NCBI GenBank assembly: GCA_041748075.1
Contig: JBGTDX010000118.1
Coordinates: 498-64,497 of the forward strand
Source of the DNA: Thermoanaerobaculia bacterium
GTDB taxonomy: Bacteria > Acidobacteriota > Thermoanaerobaculia > Gp7-AA8
Reading direction: 5' to 3'
DNA length: 64,000 nt
The notes below the pieces were generated by a model, which was not told the origin of the DNA, made no database searches, and worked only from the letters and a program-made list of their open reading frames with translations. Every line of letters begins with the position of its first letter. Positions within the stretch are counted from its first letter, which is position 1. Shown piece after piece: positions 29,642 through 38,992 of this stretch. A program made the translations under genes and the position numbers.

Positions 29642-30421
29642 TCACTTCCGGTACGTGACCATCACAGCCACGTCATCCAGTTTTCCCGCCTTTTCCAGCT
29701 TCTTGAATGTCTCGAGGTCGAACACCCAGATCAGAGTGTTTCCGTCCACCTTCGTCGCATTGTGCGAAACGATTTCGAGCGGAGCGCTTATCCGATAGCT
29801 GACGCGAAGATTCTTGAACGCTTCTTCCATCATCTTTTCGGTCTCGGGATCGACTTCCGTGTTCTGCGACGCTTCTTCCCGAACCGACTCTGTCGGATTC
29901 TGCGGCCGGGTTCGGATCGTGAGCGTCTTTCCCTTGTCGATCACCTCGAGGCCCTCGAAAGGGGTGTCGAGCATATTCTTCCTGGTCGGATCGTCGCTCT
30001 CGGACGGCAGCTTCACATCCACGAGCCGGGCGAGTTTGTCGAACGAAAACTTGAACATCGACGTCATGCCGAGTTCTTTTTCCTCAACGTTCAGATCGAG
30101 CAGCTTCACGCCCTCGGGCAGTTTGCTCTCGATCTCGCTCCTGGCTTTCGTCGGGTCTTCCGCAGGCTGTTTTGTCGAATTCTTCGTGAACTCGGCACGC
30201 GCTTCCGCCAGCTCGGCTTTCGTGGGAGGGCCAGTCTTCCCCTGCATCTCCCTTCCGATCTGCGTCATGATCAGGACCATCGGCTCGAAGTCGATACCGA
30301 TCTTCACGCCGGCGGTGCCAGAGAGGTCCTTGTTCAGGTCGATCGTCTGTTCGATCTCGAAACATCCCGCTGTGGCGAAAACGAGAGTCAGCGCTGCAAG
30401 AGCTCCTGCGAGTCGTTTCAT
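29642..30421 (-). CDS. Hypothetical lipoprotein
   Basis: It has a signal peptide with a lipobox-like LVFATAGC. The rest is charged and coil-rich, with no family I recognise. Confidence 0.55.
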   Translation of the reverse strand: MKRLAGALAALTLVFATAGCFEIEQTIDLNKDLSGTAGVKIGIDFEPMVLIMTQIGREMQGKTGPPTKAELAEARAEFTKNSTKQPAEDPTKARSEIESKLPEGVKLLDLNVEEKELGMTSMFKFSFDKLARLVDVKLPSESDDPTRKNMLDTPFEGLEVIDKGKTLTIRTRPQNPTESVREEASQNTEVDPETEKMMEEAFKNLRVSYRISAPLEIVSHNATKVDGNTLIWVFDLETFKKLEKAGKLDDVAVMVTYRK

Positions 30422-30534
30422 CGGTACCCCCTACCTTCTCGATTGTGGTGGATATCGGCCGACTATACAGGCTTTCAGCTCGCAGGAGATGACCGGCATC
30501 ACATCGGCGTCCGCCGGCGAGAAAACACTTCCCC

Positions 30535-31617
30535 TCAAACCACGTCGTGATCCGACCAGCTGACGAACCATGACGAGGGGTCCGTGAGGGAGTCCTTTCG
30601 AGGGGTCAGGTCTTTGCTGATGAAGTGAATCGGATGAGGCATGAGGCGCCGGGGAAGTCGCCGGAAGCCGGCGCGCTCGAGAGCGTTGCGGATGGCAGGC
30701 GGCTCGAGCGCCATCGCCGTCACCATTCCGCACCCGGCTTCGCGCAGCACTTCGCGGGCCCGCGACAGCAGCGCGATTCCCGCTTCGTCCGCACCGGGCC
30801 GGAAGAAGAATTCGGCCATGTACCCGAAGCGCTGACCGAACTTCATGTCGACGCGCGTAACGACGATTCCAGAGAGCTGTCCCCGATCCTCGGCGATGTG
30901 GAGGACGTATTCACGCGGGCTTTCTGTGAACCGCCATCGAAGATAACGCCACGAACGATCCGTTGCCAGCTTCACGTCGGGTCGCACCGACTCCCAGAGC
31001 TCGTCGACCCGTTCGTCGAATTCATCGACTCGCGAGATGCGAACGGCAGCTCCCTGACTTCCGCGCTCACTTCGGAATACGAGTGACGTGAAGGGCCTGA
31101 TGATCGTTCCTGCGACTCTGGCGATTGCCGTGCTGCGAATGTATTTCCGTAACACTTGTGAAGGATCGAGAACTGCGAAGTAGACAGGCATCTCGCTCTG
31201 CAACTCGCTCCAGCCCATCTGCCTGGTGTAGACATGAATGGAGTTCTGATTCACGAAGGCAAACCCGGCACTTCCATTCGCCTCGGCGAACTGCGCCTCG
31301 GCGGCAGCGACCAGTTTCCTGAGGATGCCCTGCCGCTGGTAGTCGGGGTGAACCATACTGAGAATAGACCAGGCTCCGATACCGACCTTGCCGTCGCGCC
31401 AGAGGGGAACAGGGATCAGGCTGCAGTGACCGGTCATCGTCCCGTCGCGAGTCTCCGCAACCCAGATCACCGCCTGACGCGTAGGGTTCCCGAGCATCTG
31501 CCAGAGCCAGTGAGCGGCCGGCATCTCCGCGCCGAATACTTCGAGACAGAGGCGCAGGATCGCCGCCTGGTCTCCCTCTCGGTAGGGGCGAATTATCCAG
31601 GCAGAGTGCTCGGTCAT
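30535..31617 (-). CDS. GNAT-family N-acetyltransferase (two-domain, about 360 aa)
   Basis: It has the acetyl-CoA motif region VHPDYQRQGILRKLV. The start was set to ATG 31617 (MTEHSAWIIRPY); the track start is 31686. It is adjacent to the polysaccharide locus. Confidence 0.7.
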   Translation of the reverse strand: MTEHSAWIIRPYREGDQAAILRLCLEVFGAEMPAAHWLWQMLGNPTRQAVIWVAETRDGTMTGHCSLIPVPLWRDGKVGIGAWSILSMVHPDYQRQGILRKLVAAAEAQFAEANGSAGFAFVNQNSIHVYTRQMGWSELQSEMPVYFAVLDPSQVLRKYIRSTAIARVAGTIIRPFTSLVFRSERGSQGAAVRISRVDEFDERVDELWESVRPDVKLATDRSWRYLRWRFTESPREYVLHIAEDRGQLSGIVVTRVDMKFGQRFGYMAEFFFRPGADEAGIALLSRAREVLREAGCGMVTAMALEPPAIRNALERAGFRRLPRRLMPHPIHFISKDLTPRKDSLTDPSSWFVSWSDHDVV

Positions 31618-31642
31618 CGCTGTTCCATCCGCGGAAAAATCT

Positions 31643-32497
31643 TCACGCGAGTGCTGTCCGCGCCATCCATTCGCGGAAACTTGCAAGCGACTGCTCGCGC
31701 ATCAGCGAATCGAGTTTGTTCATGGTCGATGACAGATTCACATACGATTTGAAATGCCGCACGCGACTCATCGGCAGCCGTGGATGGTCGGGATCGATCT
31801 CGCGGGGATGAACGTAATAGATCACCGGAAGTCCCTCCCGGTTCACCTGTCGCGTCATGCTTCGAATCAGCGGGAGCGGAAAGAAACGAAGATATCCGCC
31901 ACCGAAAAAGCAGAGCCTTTTTCCCAGGACTCTTGCAACGGAAATGGGGAACTCGATCAGAGGGCCCGCAGGAGTCTCGATTGTATGGGGAGCGCGCTGC
32001 GCGCCGGCGAAGCCGCCATGGCCCCTGGACGCCGGAAACAACGACGAATCGTATCGATAGCCGGCCCTGACGAGTTGCTCGAATGCCCAGGGAGTCTCCT
32101 CGGTGATCGAGAAGCCGGGCGCTCGATAGCCGGCGACAGAGGTACCGCTGAGATCTTCGAGCAGCAGCCGGGAACGCTCGACGTCCTGGCGAAACTCATC
32201 CGGAGTCTGCGTGTAGACGAGCTGGTGGGCGAATCCATGCGAGGCGATCTCATGTCCCGCCTCCGCGGCTCGGCGTACGAGATGTGGAAATCGTTCGGCG
32301 ACCCATCCGAGAAAAAAGCATGTCACCGACACGTCATGAGCTGCGAATCGCTCGAGCAGTCGCTCGAAGTTTCGCTCGACCCGGGATTCGAGGGTCATCC
32401 AGCTCTCGATCGGAGGGGCACCCTCGATCTCCAGAATATGAAACCACTCCTCGACATCGACACTGAGAATGTTGAACGGCAGATCAGCGGTCGTCAT
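31643..32497 (-). CDS. Polysaccharide deacetylase, PEP-CTERM/XrtA-locus subfamily-like (CE4 + DUF3473)
   Basis: The N-terminal ILSVDVEEWFH, HGFAH, and the C-terminal GGGYLRFFP...YYVHPREID are typical of the exosortase-locus deacetylase family as I recall it. Confidence 0.8.
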   Translation of the reverse strand: MTTADLPFNILSVDVEEWFHILEIEGAPPIESWMTLESRVERNFERLLERFAAHDVSVTCFFLGWVAERFPHLVRRAAEAGHEIASHGFAHQLVYTQTPDEFRQDVERSRLLLEDLSGTSVAGYRAPGFSITEETPWAFEQLVRAGYRYDSSLFPASRGHGGFAGAQRAPHTIETPAGPLIEFPISVARVLGKRLCFFGGGYLRFFPLPLIRSMTRQVNREGLPVIYYVHPREIDPDHPRLPMSRVRHFKSYVNLSSTMNKLDSLMREQSLASFREWMARTALA

Positions 32498-34476
32498 CCC
32501 CGTCTCGTGGTCGCTTCACTCTCGGTCAGGAGAAGACCCGACCAGACCCCTTCTTCGCGGACGGCTCCCACCGCGACCTGCTCATCGAACGAACCGACTT
32601 CCATCGCGTCCCCTGCGTCCTGAAGCGGGTGGAGCGAGACTGGACTCTTCACGGGCACGAAGGAAATCTGGAAGTTTCTCATCCAGACCTGGTGCCTCGA
32701 GCAGAGCCGCACGATTTCCGCGAGCGAGTCCGGATCGATCTTGTCCGATGCGATGATCACCCCGTTGATGACGTGTTTCGCAAGCAGTTTGGGTAGACGT
32801 GTCGAGGTGCCCATCACGGGACAGCCGTTCACATACTTGCCTACCTTGTAGATGTCGTCATCGAGAAAACCGATTGGCCGCATACCCAGTAGCGGATTCG
32901 ACATCAACTCTCTCAGAGCGATACTGCCGGCCCGGCCTGCGCCGTAGATCACCACCGGATCGCCATCCGCGGACGCGCTGCGTGTCCAGTGAAACAAAAG
33001 ACGATAGGACGCGCGAGCTCCATTGATGAGCGCGAGCAGCACCAGAGCATAGATCACGAAGAAGGTCATCGGAGGCATCTGATCGAGTGAGATCCTGCAG
33101 AGGATCGCCCCTGCAATCACGGTCGTCAGCACGGCCCAGGACGATCGAAGCAGATCCTCCATGCTCGCCTGACGCCACGACTCCCGATACATCCGGAATG
33201 CGTAGAAAACCAGGAGCGTCAGAAGCGGAAAAACCGTCACCATGAAATCCGCGAGAGGCTTCTGCCGCGTCAGGCCCCAGTCGTCATACTTGACGACGAT
33301 CGCTCCGTAGACAGCGAGGATCACGAGAGCCATATCGACAAATACCGTGAAGAGCGCGGCTTTGAGCACCGGGGCGTCATAGACACGGAGAACGACTCCT
33401 CTCCTGAGAAACGCGAACTCGTCATACCCGAGCCGCTTAACGCCGATGAACGCAGCGATCAGCAGGGTGAGCAACAGAAGCGCCGCCCCTTCGTGATTCA
33501 CGTAGAGCGATGCGAATCCGCAGGCCGCAAGGGCCAGCCCCACGGCATACAGCGTGAGCACCGCCCGACGATGGTCCAGGCCGAGAGCGAGTAGCCGATG
33601 ATGAATATGCTCCTTGTCCGCTTCGAAAATCGACGCTGTCCCTCCGCGTCCCATCCTCCTCAGCGTGCGCCGCATCATCGAGATCAGGGTTTCGGCCAGG
33701 GGAAGACCGAGAACCACCATCGGGAGCAGCACCGCAAGACCCGCGGTCATCACCGAGCTTCCCTGCAGCGTCAGGCACGCAAGGTAGAAACCGACCGTGC
33801 AGGAGCCCGTATCGCCCAGAAAAATGCGCGCGGGATACATGTTGTACCGCAGAAAACCGAGCAATGCGCCGGCGAGAATGATTGCGGCCGATGCAAGGCC
33901 GTCCATCCCCACCAGAGCCGACACTCCGGCGAGTGAAATCGCCGAGATCATTGCCAGACCCGCCGATAGCCCATCAAGTCCATCGACGAGGTTGAATGCG
34001 TTGGTCACTCCGACGATCCACAGGATCGAGATCGGAATCGCGATCCAGCCAAGCTCGATCGCCGCTCCGAACAGGTGAACGTCCGAGCCCAGGCGAACCC
34101 CCATAGCGATCGCGATCGATGCGCCGAGGAACTGCGCGATGAACTTTGGTGCGGGCCGAAGCGGCCGGATGTCGTCCCAGATGGAAATCAGAAAGACTGG
34201 AATCGCGCCCAGCGCCACCGCAAGAAAAAATTCGCTTCCCTCGAGAGGAGTCTCGACCCCCGCCCTCTCAATGAGCCGTACCACTCCCAGCACCACCAGT
34301 ACCGACACGACGACCGCCAGCCCGCCGAGACGAGGAACCGGTGTGCTGTGGATTTTGCGGGGATCAGGCCGGTCGATGGCGCCGACGCGAAGCGCCAGCC
34401 GGCGGGCAACCGGAGTCAACAGCGCGCTGATCGCAGCAGCGATCAATGCAGGAAGCAAAAAGAAGAGCAGAGTCAC
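32494..34476 (-). CDS. WecA/MraY-family polyprenyl-phosphate N-acetylhexosamine-1-phosphate transferase fused to a C-terminal 4-5 TM + Rossmann-like (CoA_binding_3/WbaP-CapD N-terminal type) module
   Basis: The N-terminal half has DRPDPRKIHSTPVPRLGG and NAFNLVDGLDGLSAG (GT4 PNPT motifs). The C-terminal half has extra TM helices, then VVIYGAGRAGSIALREL...IGFLDDD..K.G. It shares an ATGA overlap with the downstream gene. Confidence 0.8.
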   Translation of the reverse strand: MTLLFFLLPALIAAAISALLTPVARRLALRVGAIDRPDPRKIHSTPVPRLGGLAVVVSVLVVLGVVRLIERAGVETPLEGSEFFLAVALGAIPVFLISIWDDIRPLRPAPKFIAQFLGASIAIAMGVRLGSDVHLFGAAIELGWIAIPISILWIVGVTNAFNLVDGLDGLSAGLAMISAISLAGVSALVGMDGLASAAIILAGALLGFLRYNMYPARIFLGDTGSCTVGFYLACLTLQGSSVMTAGLAVLLPMVVLGLPLAETLISMMRRTLRRMGRGGTASIFEADKEHIHHRLLALGLDHRRAVLTLYAVGLALAACGFASLYVNHEGAALLLLTLLIAAFIGVKRLGYDEFAFLRRGVVLRVYDAPVLKAALFTVFVDMALVILAVYGAIVVKYDDWGLTRQKPLADFMVTVFPLLTLLVFYAFRMYRESWRQASMEDLLRSSWAVLTTVIAGAILCRISLDQMPPMTFFVIYALVLLALINGARASYRLLFHWTRSASADGDPVVIYGAGRAGSIALRELMSNPLLGMRPIGFLDDDIYKVGKYVNGCPVMGTSTRLPKLLAKHVINGVIIASDKIDPDSLAEIVRLCSRHQVWMRNFQISFVPVKSPVSLHPLQDAGDAMEVGSFDEQVAVGAVREEGVWSGLLLTESEATTRRG

Positions 34477-34578
34477 GAAAGTTCAAGTCTTTAAATGATA
34501 GAGGGCGCAAGTATATACGGGATCAAGCACAGCCGCTATTGGAGCGTTATTCAAGAGCCGGGCCCGTCCCCCCGCCCA

Positions 34579-34647
34579 CCCGGTTCTGGGTTGTGCCCTC
34601 CCACCCCTTCCGCCGGTTCTGGGCGGGTGTGCAGAACTCAGAACCGG
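34579..34647. repeat. Degenerate member of the GTTCTGA/GTTGTGA family with a 9-bp hairpin
   Basis: cccggttctgggttgtg lies at 34579-34595. CCGGTTCTG (34613-34621) pairs with CAGAACCGG (34639-47). On the minus strand the sequence after the TAG stop (34652-34650) reads ggcccggttcTGAgttctg. Confidence 0.6.
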
Positions 34648-34649
34648 GC

Positions 34650-35750
34650 CTACGGGGGTCGGGAAAGCACCTTCCCGTACACTTCGAGAGTTCTTTCGAC
34701 CATCGCTCCGGTGGTGAATCCCTTTCGCACCCGCTCGTATCCGGCCTCCCCGAACTCTCGCCGCGACGGCTCGTCGTCGAGAAGCCGCGAGATTGCAGCG
34801 GCCAGCGCATCCGGATCGCTCGGCGGAACCGTATGTCCCGTTTCTCCGTCGAGGGAGACCAGCGGCACTCCGGAAGGCAGCGACGTGTTGATGACCGGAG
34901 TCCGGGCTGCCATCGCTTCGAGCTGCACGATTCCGAAAGCCTCGCTCTTCGCGATCGACGGGAGGACGAAAACATCAGCGGCGTGATACCAGGCGGGTAT
35001 GTCGTCTACTGCCCCGAGAATCGTGATCTTTTCCTGCTGGCCCGTCTCGCGCACGAGCTGCTCGAGCTCAGACTGAAGCGGACCCTCGCCGATGATAACG
35101 AGCTTTCCCTCAACTTCTCTCATCGCGCGTACGAGGAACTCGAATCCCTTGTAGTAGACGAGGCGGCCAAGAGCCAATACGAGCCGCGGTCCGTACTTGT
35201 TGCGAATCGCCTCCACGTCAGTCTGTCCGGCAGATGAAAAGGTCTCCAGATCGATTCCGTACGGCACGATATGACACCGCTCCGCGTATTGCGAAAGGAT
35301 GGGCGACATCTCGACATGATTCCGGGTCGCCGCGATCACGGCGCTCGCACGCCCCAGCGCCCGATGAAGAACAGGCAGAAAGAGCGGTCCCAGAAGCTTC
35401 TGCCGGACCGTGTCGCCGTGGTAGCTGATTACCAGCTTCCCGACCGGCCGGGTCAGCCATGCAAGGGTGGCGAATGGATTCGGATGATGGAGATGCACGA
35501 TGTCCGGCCTGGCCATCTGCAGTTCCCGTCGGATCCCGCGGACAAGCGGAGCGGAAGCGACCTGCAGCATCTGTCCCAGCCGGACGAGATCGACTCCTTC
35601 GGGCCGTTCCCGCACGGTTTCGCGTCCCGAGCTGGCGACGAGCACTGTAAGGTCCACGCGATCCTTCAGGCCGACGGCCAGATTCCTCAGGTGCGTTTCG
35701 ATGCCGCCGAGAACGGGAGGATAGAACTTCCCAATATGAACGACGCGCAT
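34650..35750 (-). CDS. Glycosyltransferase family 4 (GT-B, group 1)
   Basis: It has the N-terminal MRVVHIGKFYPPVLGGIE and an EX7E motif (EAFGIVQLEAMAARTPV). Confidence 0.85.
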   Translation of the reverse strand: MRVVHIGKFYPPVLGGIETHLRNLAVGLKDRVDLTVLVASSGRETVRERPEGVDLVRLGQMLQVASAPLVRGIRRELQMARPDIVHLHHPNPFATLAWLTRPVGKLVISYHGDTVRQKLLGPLFLPVLHRALGRASAVIAATRNHVEMSPILSQYAERCHIVPYGIDLETFSSAGQTDVEAIRNKYGPRLVLALGRLVYYKGFEFLVRAMREVEGKLVIIGEGPLQSELEQLVRETGQQEKITILGAVDDIPAWYHAADVFVLPSIAKSEAFGIVQLEAMAARTPVINTSLPSGVPLVSLDGETGHTVPPSDPDALAAAISRLLDDEPSRREFGEAGYERVRKGFTTGAMVERTLEVYGKVLSRPP

Positions 35751-35757
35751 CGTAAAT

Positions 35758-35866
35758 CAAAGATGAAGGATGAAAGATGAAGGATGAAGCCCCCACACGA
35801 CAGACGGGGTCAGAGGCCGGGCTTCATCGTTCATCGTTCATCTTTCATCTTTGTCTTTTCATCCTT
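35758..35866. repeat. Heptamer-array hairpin, unit AGGATGA/AAGATGA (5' arm) / TTCATCG-type (3' arm)
   Basis: On the + strand, TGA falls at 35764, 35771, 35778 and 35785. TCA falls at 35824, 35831, 35838, 35845, (TGT at 35852) and 35859, the last being the gmd stop codon, exactly in phase. The stem is about 28 bp with 3 mismatches and the loop is about 30 nt. Confidence 0.9.
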
Positions 35867-36863
35867 GAATCGGCGCGGCGGCTCGCTCGGCCCGTTCCGC
35901 CTGCTCGAGGTCGGACTGGACCATCTCGGTCACCAGTTCACGGAAGGTATATCGAGGTTGCCATCCGAGAAGTTTGCGCGCCTTGGCTGCGTTTCCGGCG
36001 AGTATCTCGACCTCAGCCGGACGGTAATAGCGTTCGTCCACTTTCACGTACTGCTGGTAGTCCAGACCCAGTTCACCGAACGCGAGCTCGCAGAATTCAC
36101 GGACGCTGTGAGTCTCCCCCATCGCGATGACGAAGTCATCCGGCTCCGAATGCTGGAGCATCAGGTGCATGGCCCGGACGTAATCCGAGGCATGTCCCCA
36201 GTCCCTCATCGCGTCGAGGTTGCCGATGCGCAGCTCGGAGGCGACACCCAGCTTGATTCTCGCGGCGGTGCTCGTGATTTTTCGCGTCACGAACTCGTGC
36301 CCCCTGCGGGGCCCTTCGTGATTGAACAGAATGCCGCTCGAGCAGAACATCCCGTAGGCTTCGCGGTAGTTCCGGGTCAGCTCGAAGCCCGCTACCTTGC
36401 TGATTCCGTACGGGCTGCGCGGATGAAACGGTGTACTTTCACTCTGAGGAGTCTCCCGGACCTTTCCGAACATCTCACTCGAGCCGGCGAAATAGAACCG
36501 GCACGCGGGCCTCAGCTCGCGGAGGGCAGCCAGCATGTAGTGGGTGCCGTTGATGTTCGTATTCATCGTCGAGAAGCCGTCGGCAAAGCTCTCCGCCACG
36601 AAACTCTGCGCCGCCAGGTGGTAGCACTCGTCGAACTCGTTGCGGCTCATCACGTTGAAGATGCTTGGATAGCTCTCGAGGCTCGCGCCGTGAAGTGTCA
36701 CGCGATCCATCAGATGGTTAATCCGTCCGAATCTCTGGGTCGGCGCTTCGAGAGCGACCCGTCGAACGAGGCCGTGAACTTCGTATCCGAACTCCAGCAG
36801 GTGTTCGGCCAGGTAACTCCCGTCCTGTCCCGTGATACCCGTGATGAGTGCTTTCCTGGTCAC
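35859..36863 (-). CDS. gmd: GDP-mannose 4,6-dehydratase
   Basis: It has ALITGITGQDGSYLAEHLL, SSEMFG and a YxxxK context (SPYGISKV), with typical length. Confidence 0.95.
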   Translation of the reverse strand: MTRKALITGITGQDGSYLAEHLLEFGYEVHGLVRRVALEAPTQRFGRINHLMDRVTLHGASLESYPSIFNVMSRNEFDECYHLAAQSFVAESFADGFSTMNTNINGTHYMLAALRELRPACRFYFAGSSEMFGKVRETPQSESTPFHPRSPYGISKVAGFELTRNYREAYGMFCSSGILFNHEGPRRGHEFVTRKITSTAARIKLGVASELRIGNLDAMRDWGHASDYVRAMHLMLQHSEPDDFVIAMGETHSVREFCELAFGELGLDYQQYVKVDERYYRPAEVEILAGNAAKARKLLGWQPRYTFRELVTEMVQSDLEQAERAERAAAPIQG

Positions 36864-36942
36864 CGAGTCTCCATCCGAGGAGGACGCCCGAGTGTCTCGT
36901 TCCCTGACAGGGCGTCATGCTTCCTCACTCCATTTGTTTCGT

Positions 36943-38094
36943 TCATCTTAACGCCATCTCTCGATAGATCTCTGCGAACTTCCCTGCGGTGGCTGTCCAG
37001 CGGAACTCCGACGCCTGATGAAGGCCTTCTGCACGCCGGGCACTCAGCGCCTGGGGATCTTCGATCAAAGCGCACGCCCGTTTCGCAAAGCCGGCGACAT
37101 CCTCGGGCTCAAAGTAACTCGCCGCGTCGCCGCCCACTTCCCGGAGGACTGCAAGATCGCTGCAAAGCACCGGAGTTCCGCACGCCAGCGCCTCCACCAC
37201 CGGCAGACCGAAGCCTTCGGCGCTCGATGGCAGAAGCAGCGCGAGGGCGCGACGATACACGGCAGCGAGCGTTTCCCTGTCGATGAAAGGCAGCACCTCG
37301 ATCGCACGTTCGACGCCCAGCCGCTTAGCCAGCGCCACCTGATCCTCGGTAAACGGGCCGCCCACCCTCAACAGCCGCGCGGTGGGATGAGTCTCGCGGA
37401 TCGCTGCGAAAATCTCCAGAAGCACATCAATGCGCTTGCGTGGGATCGTGCTCCCGACATGAAGCAGTTCGGGGACGGTTTCAGCCGGACCCAGTCGAAG
37501 CGCCAGTGCTGCGTCCGCCTCCGTTCGGTCAGGCGAGCAGGCCGGGTGCACCCCGAGTGGTACGACGACGAGTTTTTCTTCCGGTATGAGCCCATACCTC
37601 AGCAGATCATCGCGCGTTGCTCTGCTGTCACAGCTCACGACTGCCGCGCGCTGCAACCCTTCGAGCGCACGCCGGGAGATCCGCCGGATCCACCATGGAC
37701 GCGGATGCTCTTCGGGCTCGAGCACCGCGCGGAAGGCGTCGATGTCGTGACACGTCACGATCGTGCGTCCGGGCGGAGTGGCAAGAGCGAGATGGGCATA
37801 ACTGTGATCCGTGATGTGAAACAGATCAAAGTGCGGAACCTGCGATCGAAGAGTGCGCGGATAGTCGAACATCCGGCCCGTCAGGCGATCGAGGTTGTAC
37901 CCGGCGGTGTCGAAGTCCTCGCCTCTGCTGAACCGGCGTTTCATCGAAGGCCGGACGAGCTCCGCTCGGATGTCAGGAAACTGCCCGAGCTCGACTGCGA
38001 GCATCTCGCCCACCAGATCCATGCTCGGCCACCGCTCTTCCGGCATGTCGGCCAGCAGCGCGACGCGAGTGCTCATCAAAGGGTGACCGGACAT
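36943..38094 (-). CDS. Glycosyltransferase family 4 (GT-B, group 1)
   Basis: It has the EX7E motif [17 protein letters not shown]. The start was set to ATG 38094 ([14 protein letters not shown]), because the track start at 38376 would overlap the upstream methyltransferase gene. Confidence 0.82.
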   Translation of the reverse strand: MSGHPLMSTRVALLADMPEERWPSMDLVGEMLAVELGQFPDIRAELVRPSMKRRFSRGEDFDTAGYNLDRLTGRMFDYPRTLRSQVPHFDLFHITDHSYAHLALATPPGRTIVTCHDIDAFRAVLEPEEHPRPWWIRRISRRALEGLQRAAVVSCDSRATRDDLLRYGLIPEEKLVVVPLGVHPACSPDRTEADAALALRLGPAETVPELLHVGSTIPRKRIDVLLEIFAAIRETHPTARLLRVGGPFTEDQVALAKRLGVERAIEVLPFIDRETLAAVYRRALALLLPSSAEGFGLPVVEALACGTPVLCSDLAVLREVGGDAASYFEPEDVAGFAKRACALIEDPQALSARRAEGLHQASEFRWTATAGKFAEIYREMALR

Positions 38095-38197
38095 TGCATG
38101 CTCGGTCCTCGCCCGGTTGGATGGAAAATTTCTCTGAGCAGCGTAAATGACAGAACATGCAAGGCCCGGCCACATGGTTTTGCACTTCGCGTTCTGT

Positions 38198-38992
38198 TCA
38201 CGATCGCGCACCCGGTCCCTGTTTCTTCCGCGCGATGAACCAGGCCTGACTTCCGAGATGCGGCGGCAGCCACGATAGAGGAGAACCCAGCACCTGTTCG
38301 ACCTCGAATCGTTCTCGCAGCTTTTCCCGGAGGAGCATCCAGTTGAAGCCCTTGTGATCATGCGACTCGAAACCATTCTCGTCGCTGTGTACTGGCCGCA
38401 CGATGTGCTGCTCGCTTCCCGCGAATACAGTCGCCCACAACTCTCGCATCGTGTACGGCTGCATTCCAGAGTAATCAGCGATTTTCCGCCAGCTCGCGAG
38501 ACGCCGGGCGGACTGCTTTACGAGAACCGGAAGGCCGGTCTCGACCGGCACGCTCAGCAGCAGGTAACCACCCGGTGCGAGCAGACGTTCAAAGAGCTCG
38601 AGCAACGGGCGATCGTCGATGACATGCTCGAGCACTTCCATGCAGACCACCCCGTCGTACGCCTCGCGATGCTGCTCTTCGTGCAACTCCGAGGTGAGAA
38701 CGAAGTGAAGCTTCCCGCTATCGAGCCTCTCCTGGCAGTCTCGAACCAGTTCGGAAGTCAACTCCGCCCCAACGCCATCCGCCGGAGCAGCGCGCCCGGC
38801 CATCAGCATGGTCAGAAACGTGCCGTCACCGCAGCCGTAATCGAGCAGACGTTTGCCGGCAAACCGTTCCGCGAGACGCACTCCGGTCGCGAAACGCCGG
38901 CTATGACTCCATGAAATCAGCCGGCTTCGGCAGAAAATCTGCTTCTTCGCGTAGTGACCTTCGCGCAACGTTTCATTGACTTCCTGCTGCAA
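38198..38992 (-). CDS. Class I SAM-dependent methyltransferase
   Basis: It has SAM motif I ([11 protein letters not shown]) and an acidic loop (VVCMEVLEH). The start was chosen as TTG 38992, 6 nt after GGAGGA; the track start at 39013 is also TTG. Confidence 0.8.
   Translation of the reverse strand: MQQEVNETLREGHYAKKQIFCRSRLISWSHSRRFATGVRLAERFAGKRLLDYGCGDGTFLTMLMAGRAAPADGVGAELTSELVRDCQERLDSGKLHFVLTSELHEEQHREAYDGVVCMEVLEHVIDDRPLLELFERLLAPGGYLLLSVPVETGLPVLVKQSARRLASWRKIADYSGMQPYTMRELWATVFAGSEQHIVRPVHSDENGFESHDHKGFNWMLLREKLRERFEVEQVLGSPLSWLPPHLGSQAWFIARKKQGPGARS

Noticed and set aside
35784-37286. Long antisense ORFs: 500 aa here, and also 40202-42208 (668 aa), 23639-24928, 10959-12101, 2134-3120, 6064-6975 and 17679-18698
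   Set aside because: Each lies opposite a gene with unambiguous family motifs (gmd, GTs, PBP1A, ligA, gltA, dnaK, dacB). The translations are Arg/Pro/Gly-rich low-complexity sequence, typical of stop-poor antisense frames in GC-rich DNA. They carry no motifs.
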